Assembly (NCBI GenBank): GCA_017466215.1 | Contig: JAFTUO010000065.1 | Span: 544-64,543 of the forward strand | Direction: 5' to 3' | DNA from: Oscillospiraceae bacterium | GTDB taxonomy: Bacteria; Bacillota; Clostridia; Oscillospirales; Oscillospiraceae | Length of the DNA stretch: 64,000 bases | In this document: piece after piece, positions 38,014 through 46,956 of the stretch | How positions within the stretch are numbered: the stretch's first letter is position 1 | How the letters are laid out: the number at the start of each line of letters is the position of its first letter | The notes under the pieces: generated by a model | Told to the model about the DNA's origin: nothing | Databases searched by the model: none | The model's input: the letters and a program-made list of their open reading frames with translations, nothing else | Made by a program: the position numbers and the translations under genes

Positions 38014-39057
38014 TTAGAACTGATTCAGGAAACGCACGTCGTTATCGAAGATAAGACGCAGGTCGTTGATACGCATACGGCCCATTGCCATACGCTCCAG
38101 GCCCATACCAAAGGCAAAGCCGGAATACTTATCCGGGTCGATGCCGCAGCCACGCAGGACTTCCGGATGCACCATACCGGCACCCAGCAGCTCGATCCAG
38201 CCTTCGCCGTGGCAGGTGGAGCAAACTGCGCCGTCTACTTCGCCTGTGCCGTGGCACTTGTGGCACTGCATATCCATTTCACAGCTGGGCTCGGTGAAGG
38301 GGAAGTGGTGGGGACGGAAACGCATCACAGAGTCCTCACCGTAGATCTTCTTCATAATAGCCACCAGAGCGCCCTTCAGGTCGCCCATGGTGATATGCTC
38401 GTCAACCACAAGACCCTCGATCTGGTGGAACATAGGGGAGTGGGTGGCGTCAGCCTCGTCCTTACGGAACACGCGGCCGGGAGCCAGCATACACAGAGGC
38501 GGCTTGTTGTTCTCCATAAAGCGGATCTGCATAGGGCTGGTCTGGGTACGCAGCAGAACGCTGTCGTCATCGGTGAAATAGAAGGTGTCGCTGCGATCCC
38601 GGGAGGGATGACCCTCTTCAATGTTCAGCCGGGTGAAGTTATAGCTTGCCAGCTCAACTTCCGGGCCGTCAACCACCTGATAGCCCAGGCCGACAAAGAT
38701 CTCCTTGACCTGATCCAGCACCATATTCATCGGATGCTGATGGCCCAGAGTAACTGTCTCGCCGGGGATGGTAACGTCCACAGCTTCTTCGGCCAGCTTG
38801 GCTTCCAGAACGGCAGAATGGATGGCGGCTTTACGCTCCTCCAGCTTCTGCTCGATCTCGGCACGGACGGCATTGGCCATCTGACCCATAATGGGGCGCT
38901 CCTCGGCAGACAGCTTGCCCATCATCTTTAAGACGGCGGTCAGCTCGCCCTTCTTACCCAGCCACTTGACCCGGAGCTCCTCCAGATCAGCGGGGGTAGT
39001 GGCCTCGGCAAGAGATGCCAGAGCCTGCACCCGGATATTTTCCAGTTGTTGTTTCAT
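38014..39057 (-). CDS. pheS: Phenylalanine--tRNA ligase alpha subunit
   Basis: LGKKG, HPSR, LRTQTS, FHQIEG, FPFTEPS, GFAFGMGLER. Confidence 0.97.
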   Translation of the reverse strand: MKQQLENIRVQALASLAEATTPADLEELRVKWLGKKGELTAVLKMMGKLSAEERPIMGQMANAVRAEIEQKLEERKAAIHSAVLEAKLAEEAVDVTIPGETVTLGHQHPMNMVLDQVKEIFVGLGYQVVDGPEVELASYNFTRLNIEEGHPSRDRSDTFYFTDDDSVLLRTQTSPMQIRFMENNKPPLCMLAPGRVFRKDEADATHSPMFHQIEGLVVDEHITMGDLKGALVAIMKKIYGEDSVMRFRPHHFPFTEPSCEMDMQCHKCHGTGEVDGAVCSTCHGEGWIELLGAGMVHPEVLRGCGIDPDKYSGFAFGMGLERMAMGRMRINDLRLIFDNDVRFLNQF

Positions 39058-39091
39058 ATCGTTTCCTCCTGATAAAGGTTGAATTTTGGTA

Positions 39092-39348
39092 TAAAAAATA
39101 TCCTCTCATCCCACAATTCGGGACGAAAGGATTTCCTTCCGCGGTACCACCCGCAATTCGCCATATGGCGCACTTTTCAGGCGCTAACACGCCCAAGACC
39201 TGTAACGTGATCCCACGGCTGACCCTACTAAAGGTTTCAGATCAGCAGCTCCCGGGGGAAGGCCCAATACTGCACGCACGCGGCTCTCACCATCCCGCAT
39301 TCGCTGAAGTCGTGTCTGGTAGCACAAGGCATCCCGTTCATCGCTTTT
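39092..39348 (-). ncRNA. T-box riboswitch (Phe specifier) upstream of pheST
   Basis: Minus strand: AG box CAGCGA, GGTGAGA loop, TTC specifier at 39258-39260, GGGTGGTACCGCG T-box at 39140-39152, terminator with T run. Confidence 0.9.
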
Positions 39349-39479
39349 GATTATCAAAGGGAATATTACCATATTCGGCTCGAAAATGCAAGCACGAAAT
39401 GCATTTTTACCTGAAAAAACAGAAAAGATTGCGCTTTGCGGCCGGAATTGCTATAATGGAAAAAAGTGAGGTGCTGTTT

Positions 39480-40328
39480 ATGGACTATCAAACATTGAAT
39501 CACGAAAAGGTGCTATCCATCCTGCCGGATCGAAAGTGCGATGCGCACAAAGGCGATTTTGGGAAGATCCTGCTGCTGTGCGGCAGTTTGGGCTTCACCG
39601 GCGCGGCTGCATTGGCGGCTATGGGCGCACTGCGCAGCGGCGCAGGCTTGGTCTATCTGGGCGTACCGGAGAGTATCTATGCAATTGAAGCCACGAAATT
39701 GAACGAAGCAATCGTATTTCCGCTGCCGGATGCTGACGGAAAGCTGAGCATCCAGGCGTTGCCTCAAATTCTGAAAATGCTGCCCGATATGGACGCGGTA
39801 CTCTTTGGCCCGGGCTGGGGCAAAAGCGAGGGTAATTTCCTCATTGCAAAGGAAATTTTGCAAAGCTTCAATAAGCCGGTCGTGGTGGATGCCGATGGCA
39901 TAAATATTTTGGCCAAGCATATGGATATAGTGCGCGAAAGGAAAGCACCCACCATTTTGACACCTCATCCCGGCGAATTTGCCCGTATGGGCGGCAATAA
40001 TGATATTGACCGCCAAGCTGCAGCGGAGGATTTTGCCCGAAACCACGGCTGTATTCTGCTGCTGAAAGGCCATAATACGGTCATCACCGACGGCAACCGC
40101 ACCTATATCAATCCCACCGGCAATCCCGGTATGGCGGTTGGCGGCAGCGGCGATGTGCTGGCCGGCATTATCGTGAGTCTGATCGGGCAGGGAATTGATC
40201 CCTTAAAAGCTGCCGCCTGTGGCGCCTGGCTGCACGGCGCGGCAGGGGATAACTGTGCTGCGCAGATCGGGCAGTACGGTATGCTGCCAACGGATATGGT
40301 GGAGGCCCTTCCGCGACTTATGAAATAA
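39480..40328 (+). CDS. nnrD: ADP-dependent NAD(P)H-hydrate dehydratase
   Basis: HKGDFG, GAA..A..GALRSGAGLV, DADG, LTPHPGEF, GGSGDVLAG. Confidence 0.93.
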   Translation: MDYQTLNHEKVLSILPDRKCDAHKGDFGKILLLCGSLGFTGAAALAAMGALRSGAGLVYLGVPESIYAIEATKLNEAIVFPLPDADGKLSIQALPQILKMLPDMDAVLFGPGWGKSEGNFLIAKEILQSFNKPVVVDADGINILAKHMDIVRERKAPTILTPHPGEFARMGGNNDIDRQAAAEDFARNHGCILLLKGHNTVITDGNRTYINPTGNPGMAVGGSGDVLAGIIVSLIGQGIDPLKAAACGAWLHGAAGDNCAAQIGQYGMLPTDMVEALPRLMK

Positions 40329-40339
40329 GGCGGGGTCAT

Positions 40340-40897
40340 ATGAAACGGATCGCTATCTTGCTGTGTATTGTACTATTGTTCACCGGTTGCTCCGGTAGGG
40401 ATCAGGAGATGGACAGAGCAATGAATCTGCGCGCAAAGCTGCTTTCCAAGGCTGTCAGCTTTGATGCCCAAATCACAGCGGATTATGGCGATAAAACCTA
40501 TAGCTTTACGATGAACTGCAAAGCAGACACCCAGGGAAATCTGACATTCACGGTCATCGAGCCGGAACTCATCAGTGGCATTACCGGGACAGTTTCGGCC
40601 ACCGGCGGCAAGCTAAAATTTGACGATGTTGCCCTGGCGTTTGATCTGATGGCGGACGAACAATTTTCCCCGGTCAGCGGCCCGTGGCTGCTGATGAAGA
40701 CCCTGCGCAGCGGTTATTTGACCTCCTGCACCGAGGAGGGGGATGCCTTCCGGGTCTCCATCGACGACAGTTATAATGATGATGCGCTGCATATGGACAT
40801 TTGGCTGAGCGGTGAGGATGTTCCCATTAGAGGGGAGATTATGTGGCAAGGCCGTCGGCTTTTGACGATAGGTGTCAAAAACTTCACATTCTTGTAG
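40340..40897 (+). CDS. Lipoprotein, probable LolA-like (YdcC/GerS-type) fold
   Basis: Lipobox FTG-C; V.EP..I.G.T motif; position between nnrD and mazF matches the usual clostridial locus. Confidence 0.6.
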   Translation: MKRIAILLCIVLLFTGCSGRDQEMDRAMNLRAKLLSKAVSFDAQITADYGDKTYSFTMNCKADTQGNLTFTVIEPELISGITGTVSATGGKLKFDDVALAFDLMADEQFSPVSGPWLLMKTLRSGYLTSCTEEGDAFRVSIDDSYNDDALHMDIWLSGEDVPIRGEIMWQGRRLLTIGVKNFTFL

Positions 40898-41026
40898 AAT
40901 CGCGCATAGGATATTTCACAGGCGAAACCGTATAAAACTCCAAATGACGTGGAAGAATACTATCAGCCGCGTTACATATGGAGCATTCCGGTAGCGTCGG
41001 TGAGATTTCTTCGGAGTGTGAAGCAG

Positions 41027-41389
41027 ATGGATACCACGGTCAAACGCGGAGATATATTTTATGCGGATCTTTCACCGGTAGTAGGCAGCGAGCAGGGCGG
41101 CACGAGACCGGTGCTTATCGTACAGAACGATACCGGCAACAAACATTCGCCTACGGTCATTGCGGCGGCCATTACCAGCCAGACCGGTAAAGCCCGGCTG
41201 CCGACCCATATCAATATCGCCGGCGGCAGCGTGGGTCTGAGTAAGGACTCTGTGATCCTTTTGGAGCAGGTGCGTACCATTGACAAGCGTCGGCTGCGGG
41301 AGCATATGGGACGGTTGGACGATGCGCATATGTCGTTGGTCAATGATGCCATCGCGGTGAGCTTTGGCCTCAACGGAAGCGGCGTATAA
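41027..41389 (+). CDS. mazF: PemK/MazF family endoribonuclease toxin
   Basis: KRGDIFYADLSPVVGSEQGG.RPV.IVQND.GN..SPTVI.A.ITS, LEQVRTIDK.RL. Confidence 0.95.
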   Translation: MDTTVKRGDIFYADLSPVVGSEQGGTRPVLIVQNDTGNKHSPTVIAAAITSQTGKARLPTHINIAGGSVGLSKDSVILLEQVRTIDKRRLREHMGRLDDAHMSLVNDAIAVSFGLNGSGV

Positions 41390-41399
41390 AGGGAATAAA

Positions 41400-41439
41400 C
41401 CCCTCCTTGATGCATAGCTTGCATCAGGGAGGGATTTTT
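41400..41439 (+). terminator. Intrinsic terminator after mazF
   Basis: ccctccttgatgca-tagct-tgcatcagggaggg + T run. Confidence 0.7.
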
Positions 41440-41823
41440 ATGGAGGGGACATATAACATTGATTGTGGCGGCAAGAAGGTTGGTACAGCAGTGATCAGCA
41501 GGGAAGGGCTATACTATCGCTTCGACTGCAACTGCCAGCTGGAAAGGAAAGAGGTTTGCAAGATCTGCGTTGTTTGCGGCGACAAAAGGATTGTGCTTGG
41601 AACGCCGATCCCTGAGGGTCAGATATTTCAGCTGCGCACCAAGCTGCCGGTCAAGCGATTTTCTATCGGAAAACCGCGCTTTTACATAGCCGGAAGCAAG
41701 GAAGAAATATCTGAGGAATTCATAAGCGTTCAACCAAACGCGCCGTTTTTACACCTGAAGGAATTGAAAAATGCCGTATTTCAAGTTCGAGATGGCGAAA
41801 GCGGTATCGTAATTCGAAAATAA
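41440..41823 (+). CDS. Hypothetical protein (127 aa)
   Basis: GGAGG (inside the terminator 3' arm) upstream of ATG; no recognisable family; lower GC than neighbours. Confidence 0.6.
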   Translation: MEGTYNIDCGGKKVGTAVISREGLYYRFDCNCQLERKEVCKICVVCGDKRIVLGTPIPEGQIFQLRTKLPVKRFSIGKPRFYIAGSKEEISEEFISVQPNAPFLHLKELKNAVFQVRDGESGIVIRK

Positions 41824-41942
41824 AAGCCTCCCCTGTGCAAGGGGAGGTGGCAAAAATCTATAATTTTTGATGGAGGGGTTGTTACAATCCCCCAGTCTTT
41901 TTGCTACGCAAAAATCCAGCCCCCTTTACACAAGGGGGCCTT
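41824..41942. repeat. Imperfect long palindrome, REP/MITE-like extragenic element
   Basis: Left arm aagcctcccctgtgcaaggggaggtgg approximates reverse complement of right arm ccagccccctttacacaagggggcctt; central ggggttgt-t-acaatccc. Confidence 0.65.
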
Positions 41943-41948
41943 TGATTT

Positions 41949-42218
41949 TTATACCTTGGATTCCAGCCAGGATTTCATAGCCGTGCGGCCTTCCTCGGTC
42001 AGGGGGAAGGTGGCTTCTTCTTCGATAGCGCTTTTCTCGTAGCACAGCGGACCGTGCCAGTATTCGACCCGGATCGCACTCTGGGAAAAGTCCACTTCCT
42101 TGCTGCTTTCCAGCTTCACGATGATGGGCTCTGCCCGGAAACGCAGCGCTTGCCACGACCCCGTGAAGAGATTGCCCATAGCAAAGGTGTGGAGGGTAGG
42201 AATATAAATATCGACCAT
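41949..42218 (-). CDS. Hypothetical protein (89 aa)
   Basis: Starts 3 nt after pepF stop with GGAG RBS; typical codon usage. Confidence 0.7.
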   Translation of the reverse strand: MVDIYIPTLHTFAMGNLFTGSWQALRFRAEPIIVKLESSKEVDFSQSAIRVEYWHGPLCYEKSAIEEEATFPLTEEGRTAMKSWLESKV

Positions 42219-42221
42219 AAA

Positions 42222-44027
42222 TTACTCCGCCAGCAATGCTTCCATCTCATCCAGCAGCTCGCCAAACAGCTGCAGAGCTTGCTCCACCGGCTCGGGGCTG
42301 GTCATATCCACGCCTGCATCCTTCAGCAGGTCAATGGGGGACTTGGAGCAGCCGCCGGAGAGGAAGCGGATATAGTCGTTTACTGCGCTTTCACCCTCGC
42401 GCAGGATCTTGCGGGACAGCGCGATGGCGGCGCTGTAGCCGGTAGCATACTGGAAGACATAGTAGTTGTAGTAGAAATGGGGGATTCTTGCCCACTCCAG
42501 AGCGATCAGATCGTCCACCACCATATCCGGGCCAAAGTACAGCTCGTTCAGCCTCTTGTACTCGGCGCTCAGATCATCGGCAGTCAGGGTCTTTCCTTCG
42601 CCGATCATTCTGCCGATGTTCAGCTCGAACTCGGCAAACATCGTCTGGCGGTACAGCGTGCCCTTGAACTGTTCCAGGAACTGGTTGATCAGATATGCCC
42701 GCTCGGTCTTGTCGGTGGTCTTGCCCAACAGGTATTCCATCAGCAGGGCTTCGTTGCAGGTGGAGGCCACCTCTGCTACGAAGATCACATAGTCCGCGTC
42801 GATGGGATTCTGATACTTGTTGGAATGCCAGGAGTGCAGGGCATGGCCCATCTCGTGAGCCAGGGTGAACTGACTGTCCAGCGTGCCGGTGTAGTTCATC
42901 AGCACATAGGGATGGACGGCTGCGCCGGCAGAGTATGCGCCGCTGCGCTTGCCCTCGTTCTGGTAGACGTCAACCCAACGGTTTTCAAAGCCCTCTTTCA
43001 GGATCTTGCGGTAGCTGTCGCCCAGCGGTGCCAAAGCGTCATAAACGGTCTGCTTGGCTTCGCTATAGGGGATCTTCTTATCCACATCCGCCAGCAGCGG
43101 TGTATAGACATCGTAAAAATGCAGCTCGTCAACGCCCAGCAGCTTCTTGCGCAGGCGGACATAGCGGTGCATTTTGTCCATATTGCGGTGAACAGCCTCG
43201 ATCAGGTTCAGATACACGGAGGTCGGCACCTGGGTCTGGTCCAGGGATGCATCCAGCGTGCTGGGATACTTGCGGGCATCGGCGAAGAACTTCAGCTGCT
43301 TGCCCTGTGCATTCAAGATGGAGGCGGCGGTGTTTTTGAATGCGCCGAAGGTTCTGTACAGATTCTCATAAGCGCTCTTTCTCAAGACCCGGTCGGGGCT
43401 TTCTTCGCACTCTACGAATGTGCCCTGGGTCAGAGGATGCTTGCCGCCATTGGCATCCACAGCATCGGGGAAGGAGATATCTGCGTCGGCAAATGCACCG
43501 TAGATATCGTCGGGCGCACCGGCCATTTCACCGGCGGCAGCCAGCAGCTTTTCCTCAGCGGGGGAGAGAATATGCTCTCTGCGGCGGCGCATATCGGTCA
43601 GATAACGGCGATAGCGCTCAAGACCCGGCTGCTCAGCATAAAACGCATTCAGCTTTTCGTCGGAGATGTCCATAATTTCAGGTGTCTCGAAGCTGCACTT
43701 GGCGCTCAGACCCACATATACGTTCATAAACTGACCCTTCATCGCCTGGTACTTGGCGACCCGGGTGTCCTCGTCGGCTCTGCGCATACAGTAATTGCCC
43801 AGAAGCTCGGCCTTTGCGTTGGTTTTCTCCATTTCGGTCAGGTAGGCATACAGCGCATCGGCGCTTTCGCCCAGCTTGCCCGCGTATGCGCTCAAAGTAT
43901 CGCCGGCGGCTTCCAGAAGCTTCAAATCAGCTTCCCAAGCCTCGTCGGTGGCATACAGATCTTCAATAGCCCACTTGTCAGCATCGCTGATCTCGCTGCG
44001 CTGGGGGATCTTCTTCATTTCATCCAT
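42222..44027 (-). CDS. pepF: Oligoendopeptidase F (M3B)
   Basis: GKRSGAYS, HPY.LMN, TLAHEMGH, AEVAST, W.RIPHFY; AGGAGG RBS. Confidence 0.95.
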   Translation of the reverse strand: MDEMKKIPQRSEISDADKWAIEDLYATDEAWEADLKLLEAAGDTLSAYAGKLGESADALYAYLTEMEKTNAKAELLGNYCMRRADEDTRVAKYQAMKGQFMNVYVGLSAKCSFETPEIMDISDEKLNAFYAEQPGLERYRRYLTDMRRRREHILSPAEEKLLAAAGEMAGAPDDIYGAFADADISFPDAVDANGGKHPLTQGTFVECEESPDRVLRKSAYENLYRTFGAFKNTAASILNAQGKQLKFFADARKYPSTLDASLDQTQVPTSVYLNLIEAVHRNMDKMHRYVRLRKKLLGVDELHFYDVYTPLLADVDKKIPYSEAKQTVYDALAPLGDSYRKILKEGFENRWVDVYQNEGKRSGAYSAGAAVHPYVLMNYTGTLDSQFTLAHEMGHALHSWHSNKYQNPIDADYVIFVAEVASTCNEALLMEYLLGKTTDKTERAYLINQFLEQFKGTLYRQTMFAEFELNIGRMIGEGKTLTADDLSAEYKRLNELYFGPDMVVDDLIALEWARIPHFYYNYYVFQYATGYSAAIALSRKILREGESAVNDYIRFLSGGCSKSPIDLLKDAGVDMTSPEPVEQALQLFGELLDEMEALLAE

Positions 44028-44051
44028 AGTAAAAACCTCCTGCATTTGTAT

Positions 44052-45059
44052 TTACAGCAGGGGAATGCCTGCTTGTTCACACTGTGTAATGGTATCGCTG
44101 TCCCAGATGCTGGACTGTACCTCGCCGATATGGGCGCAGCCCATCATCAGCATACTCAGCCGCGACTGGCCGATACCGCCGCCGATGGTCAGGGGCAGCT
44201 CGTTATTCAAAAGCATCTTGTGGAACGGCAGCTCCCGGCGGTCATCGCATCCGGCCTCACGAAGCTGGCGGTCCAGCGCCTCGGCATCCACGCGAATGCC
44301 CATTGAGGAGATTTCCAGCGCCCGATCCAGAACGGCGTTCCAGAAGAAAATATCGCAGTTAAGCTCCCAGTCGTCATAGTCCGGTGCGCGGCCGTCGTGC
44401 TTGGTGCCGGAGCGCAGCTTTTTGCCGATCTGCATAATGCAGGCGGTCTTGTGCTCTCTGACGTAAGCCTGCTCTCGCTGAGAGCCGGTGAGATCCGGAT
44501 ACAGATCCTCCAGCTCCTGGGTGGTGATGAAGCTGACTTCCGGGTCAAGCTCCACACGAAGCTGGGGGAAACGGACGTGCAGACGGTCATTGGTATTACA
44601 GATGGCCCGGACGATGGCCCGGACGATCAGCTTCAGATAGTCAAGATTCCGGTTTTCCCGGGTGATGATCTTTTCCCAGTCCCACTGATCGACGTAGATG
44701 GAGTGGATGTTGTCCAGCTCCTCGTCCCTACGGATGGCGTTCATATCGGTGTACAAGCCGCCGCCGACGCTGAAGTTATACCGCTTCAGCGCAAGACGCT
44801 TCCACTTGGCCAGGGAATGGACCACCTGAGCATCCTTGCCCACGTCGGGAATATCAAAGGAAACGGCACGCTCGTAGCCGTTGAGGTTATCGTTCAGACC
44901 GGAATCTTCTGTAACGAACAGGGGAGCGGAGACGCGCTTCAAGTTCAGCGCGGAGGAAAACTCCTGCTGAAATGTATCCTTAATATATGCGATCGCCCGC
45001 TGCGTTTCGTATTCATTCAGCACAGGGCGGTAGTCTTGGGGGATGGTAATTCGGCTCAT
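44052..45059 (-). CDS. asnA: Aspartate--ammonia ligase
   Basis: VHSLAKWKR, HSIYVDQWDWE, RAPDYDDW, TIGGGIGQSR. Confidence 0.97.
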   Translation of the reverse strand: MSRITIPQDYRPVLNEYETQRAIAYIKDTFQQEFSSALNLKRVSAPLFVTEDSGLNDNLNGYERAVSFDIPDVGKDAQVVHSLAKWKRLALKRYNFSVGGGLYTDMNAIRRDEELDNIHSIYVDQWDWEKIITRENRNLDYLKLIVRAIVRAICNTNDRLHVRFPQLRVELDPEVSFITTQELEDLYPDLTGSQREQAYVREHKTACIMQIGKKLRSGTKHDGRAPDYDDWELNCDIFFWNAVLDRALEISSMGIRVDAEALDRQLREAGCDDRRELPFHKMLLNNELPLTIGGGIGQSRLSMLMMGCAHIGEVQSSIWDSDTITQCEQAGIPLL

Positions 45060-45142
45060 AGCGGATGCACCCTTTCAAAATAGATGTTCTTATTGTAACG
45101 GTTTTGCGGGAAAAATCAAGTCATTATTCACGGAAAAAGCGG

Positions 45143-45171
45143 TTGACAAGAAAAGAAAAAGCCGATATAAT
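45143..45171 (+). promoter_or_regulatory. Consensus SigA promoter of tRNA-Thr
   Basis: TTGACA-N17-TATAAT. Confidence 0.85.
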
Positions 45172-45185
45172 ACTCAGGCTAAGAT

Positions 45186-45261
45186 GCTAGTGTAGCACAG
45201 TCGGTAGTGCATCTCACTCGTAATGAGAAGGTCGCCTGTTCGAGTCAGGTCACTAGCTCCA
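45186..45261 (+). tRNA. tRNA-Thr (CGT)
   Basis: 76 nt cloverleaf: acceptor gctagtg/cactagc, anticodon arm tctca-ctCGTaa-tgaga, T loop ttcgagt, encoded CCA. Confidence 0.96.
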
Positions 45262-45484
45262 ATAAAACCCCATCCCAACTGGGATGGGGTTTTATTCTTG
45301 TTATTTTTGACTCGAAGATCAAAAATGCAACAGTCCTGTGGACTGTTGCCGCCGACGGCTGGACGGAGGCGAACAATAATTTTGCCGCAGGCAAAGTGCA
45401 AACGAGTCAGGTCACTAGCTCCAATAAAACCCCATCCCAGTTGGGATGGGGTTTTTGTTATTCTTGAATATTGACTCAAAGACC
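45241..45484 (+). repeat. Direct repeat of tRNA 3' end + terminator (162-bp period) enclosing a palindromic core; putative non-autonomous tRNA-targeting element
   Basis: 37 bp identical at 45241 and 45403 (cgagtcaggtcactagctccaataaaaccccatccca), similarity continuing to ~80 bp; three internal hairpins. Confidence 0.8.
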
Positions 45485-45648
45485 GCCACAGAATGCAGGG
45501 AATAGATGCGAAGCTGTCAGCATAGTTTGTTATAAAATGATAAAATGACGATCGAAATCTATCAAAATTTCTGTTGCGCAAATATGTTGCATATGATACA
45601 ATCACAATGGAAAATGGAAAAATTGGAAATTTTCAAGGAGGATTACAT

Positions 45649-46836
45649 ATGAAGAAATTCCCCAAGATCTTTACAGCGCTTTTGGTCATCGCTCTGTTCG
45701 TTGGATTGTTCTCCACGGTTTCTTTCGCGGCTGCTGACCTGAAAGAGGTCAGACTGACTGTGGATCAGCTGGATGTTGGCTACTACAACGACCTGGACGG
45801 CGACATTGTGATCCATTGTGCTAACTCCAATGTTACCAAGGAGACAAAAAATCTGGTCGACGACAAGGCCTACCCCTACTATTGGAGCAAGTACTATATG
45901 TTCAACGACCTGAAGGCTTACGGCGGAAGTAAAGTTCCTGCCATCCTGATCGACGTGGCAAACGGAGGCGACGGCGTTGCCATCTGCGGCTACGAGATGC
46001 AGCTCAGAGAATTTATGGACTGCATTCCCTACAGCTTTGAAATCCAGGCCACTTTGTCTTCCGGCTCTAATGAGTGGGTCAGCATCTTTACGGATGACAA
46101 CACCTCCTGGAATGAGGATGAGTACCATTGTGAATTCGAAGAGGTAACGGCCTATAAGGTTCGTATTTTGTTCTATGACATCGGTGATGCAGAATATGCT
46201 GAGGATCAGGCTCACTCTGATTACGAACTGCCTCCCGACTCTACCCGCCTCTCTCTTTCTGAGATCAACCTGCTGGCCAAGAGAACAACTACCACCACGC
46301 CCACCGAGGCACCCACCGAGGCACCTACTCAGGCGCCCATCGTAATTCCTACCCAGGCACCGACCGCCGCACCTACCCAGGCTCCTACTGCAGCACCCAC
46401 TCAGGCACCTACGGCAGCTCCCACGCAGGCAGCTACCGAAGCACCCACCCAGGCACCGACTGCAGCACCGACCCAGGCTCCTACTGCAGCGCCTACCGAA
46501 GCTCCCACTCAGACCGCAACCCAGGCTGCCACGCAGACACCCACCGAGAACGTAACTGTTCCCGCAACCGAGCCCACTGACGTTGTAACTGAGCCCGTTA
46601 CTGAGCCTGCGACCCCTGCTGCAACCGCTCCTGCAACTGAGCCTACAGATTCCGTTGAGATCACAACTGTGCCCGCAACCGGACCTGCTACCCAGCCTGA
46701 AGCAACCACTCCCAACGCCGATAACGGCGGGGGAGAGAAGCCTGACATTACCGTATTCATTATAATCGGCATCGTCGTCGCAGCGGCTATTGCCGGCGGC
46801 TGTGTATTCTTCATTATTAAGAAGAAGCGCGGCTGA
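45649..46836 (+). CDS. Surface protein: signal peptide, discoidin/F5/8-like beta-sandwich, APT(Q/A/E) stalk, C-terminal TM anchor
   Basis: NLVDD..YPYYW, SFEIQAT..EWVSI, EFEEVTAYKVRI, LSEINL; P/T repeats; TM + KKKRG; AAGGAGG RBS. Confidence 0.75.
   Translation: MKKFPKIFTALLVIALFVGLFSTVSFAAADLKEVRLTVDQLDVGYYNDLDGDIVIHCANSNVTKETKNLVDDKAYPYYWSKYYMFNDLKAYGGSKVPAILIDVANGGDGVAICGYEMQLREFMDCIPYSFEIQATLSSGSNEWVSIFTDDNTSWNEDEYHCEFEEVTAYKVRILFYDIGDAEYAEDQAHSDYELPPDSTRLSLSEINLLAKRTTTTTPTEAPTEAPTQAPIVIPTQAPTAAPTQAPTAAPTQAPTAAPTQAATEAPTQAPTAAPTQAPTAAPTEAPTQTATQAATQTPTENVTVPATEPTDVVTEPVTEPATPAATAPATEPTDSVEITTVPATGPATQPEATTPNADNGGGEKPDITVFIIIGIVVAAAIAGGCVFFIIKKKRG
46300..46545 (+). repeat. Degenerate 12-bp coding repeats (APTQ/APTA/APTE)
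   Basis: Visible in DNA and translation. Confidence 0.85.
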
Positions 46837-46956
46837 TCGAATATAATAAATATTGTTAAAAAAGTGTTGCATTTTTTGGCACAATATGTTATCTTAATTT
46901 TCGTAAACAACAAACTGAGGGGTAATGCCCTTTAGAAGTTTAAGGAGGACTACATA

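Noticed and set aside
38215-38275. Cys-rich insert in PheS (CHKCHG...CSTCHG)
   Set aside because: Common zinc-finger-like insert in Firmicute PheS; not unusual.
40930-40962. SigG-type promoter for mazF (GTATA...AATACTA)
   Set aside because: Spacer is 21 nt, too long for consensus.
40978-41190. 70-aa ORF as MazE antitoxin
   Set aside because: Mostly overlaps mazF out of frame, no RBS, no ribbon-helix-helix or AbrB pattern.
45241-45460. Possible CRISPR array (37-bp repeat twice)
   Set aside because: Only two copies, 125-bp gap, repeat is tRNA 3' end plus terminator, no cas genes.
45174-45605. ORFs overlapping the tRNA region
   Set aside because: They run across a clear tRNA and its duplicated 3' end; duplicated peptide just mirrors the DNA repeat.
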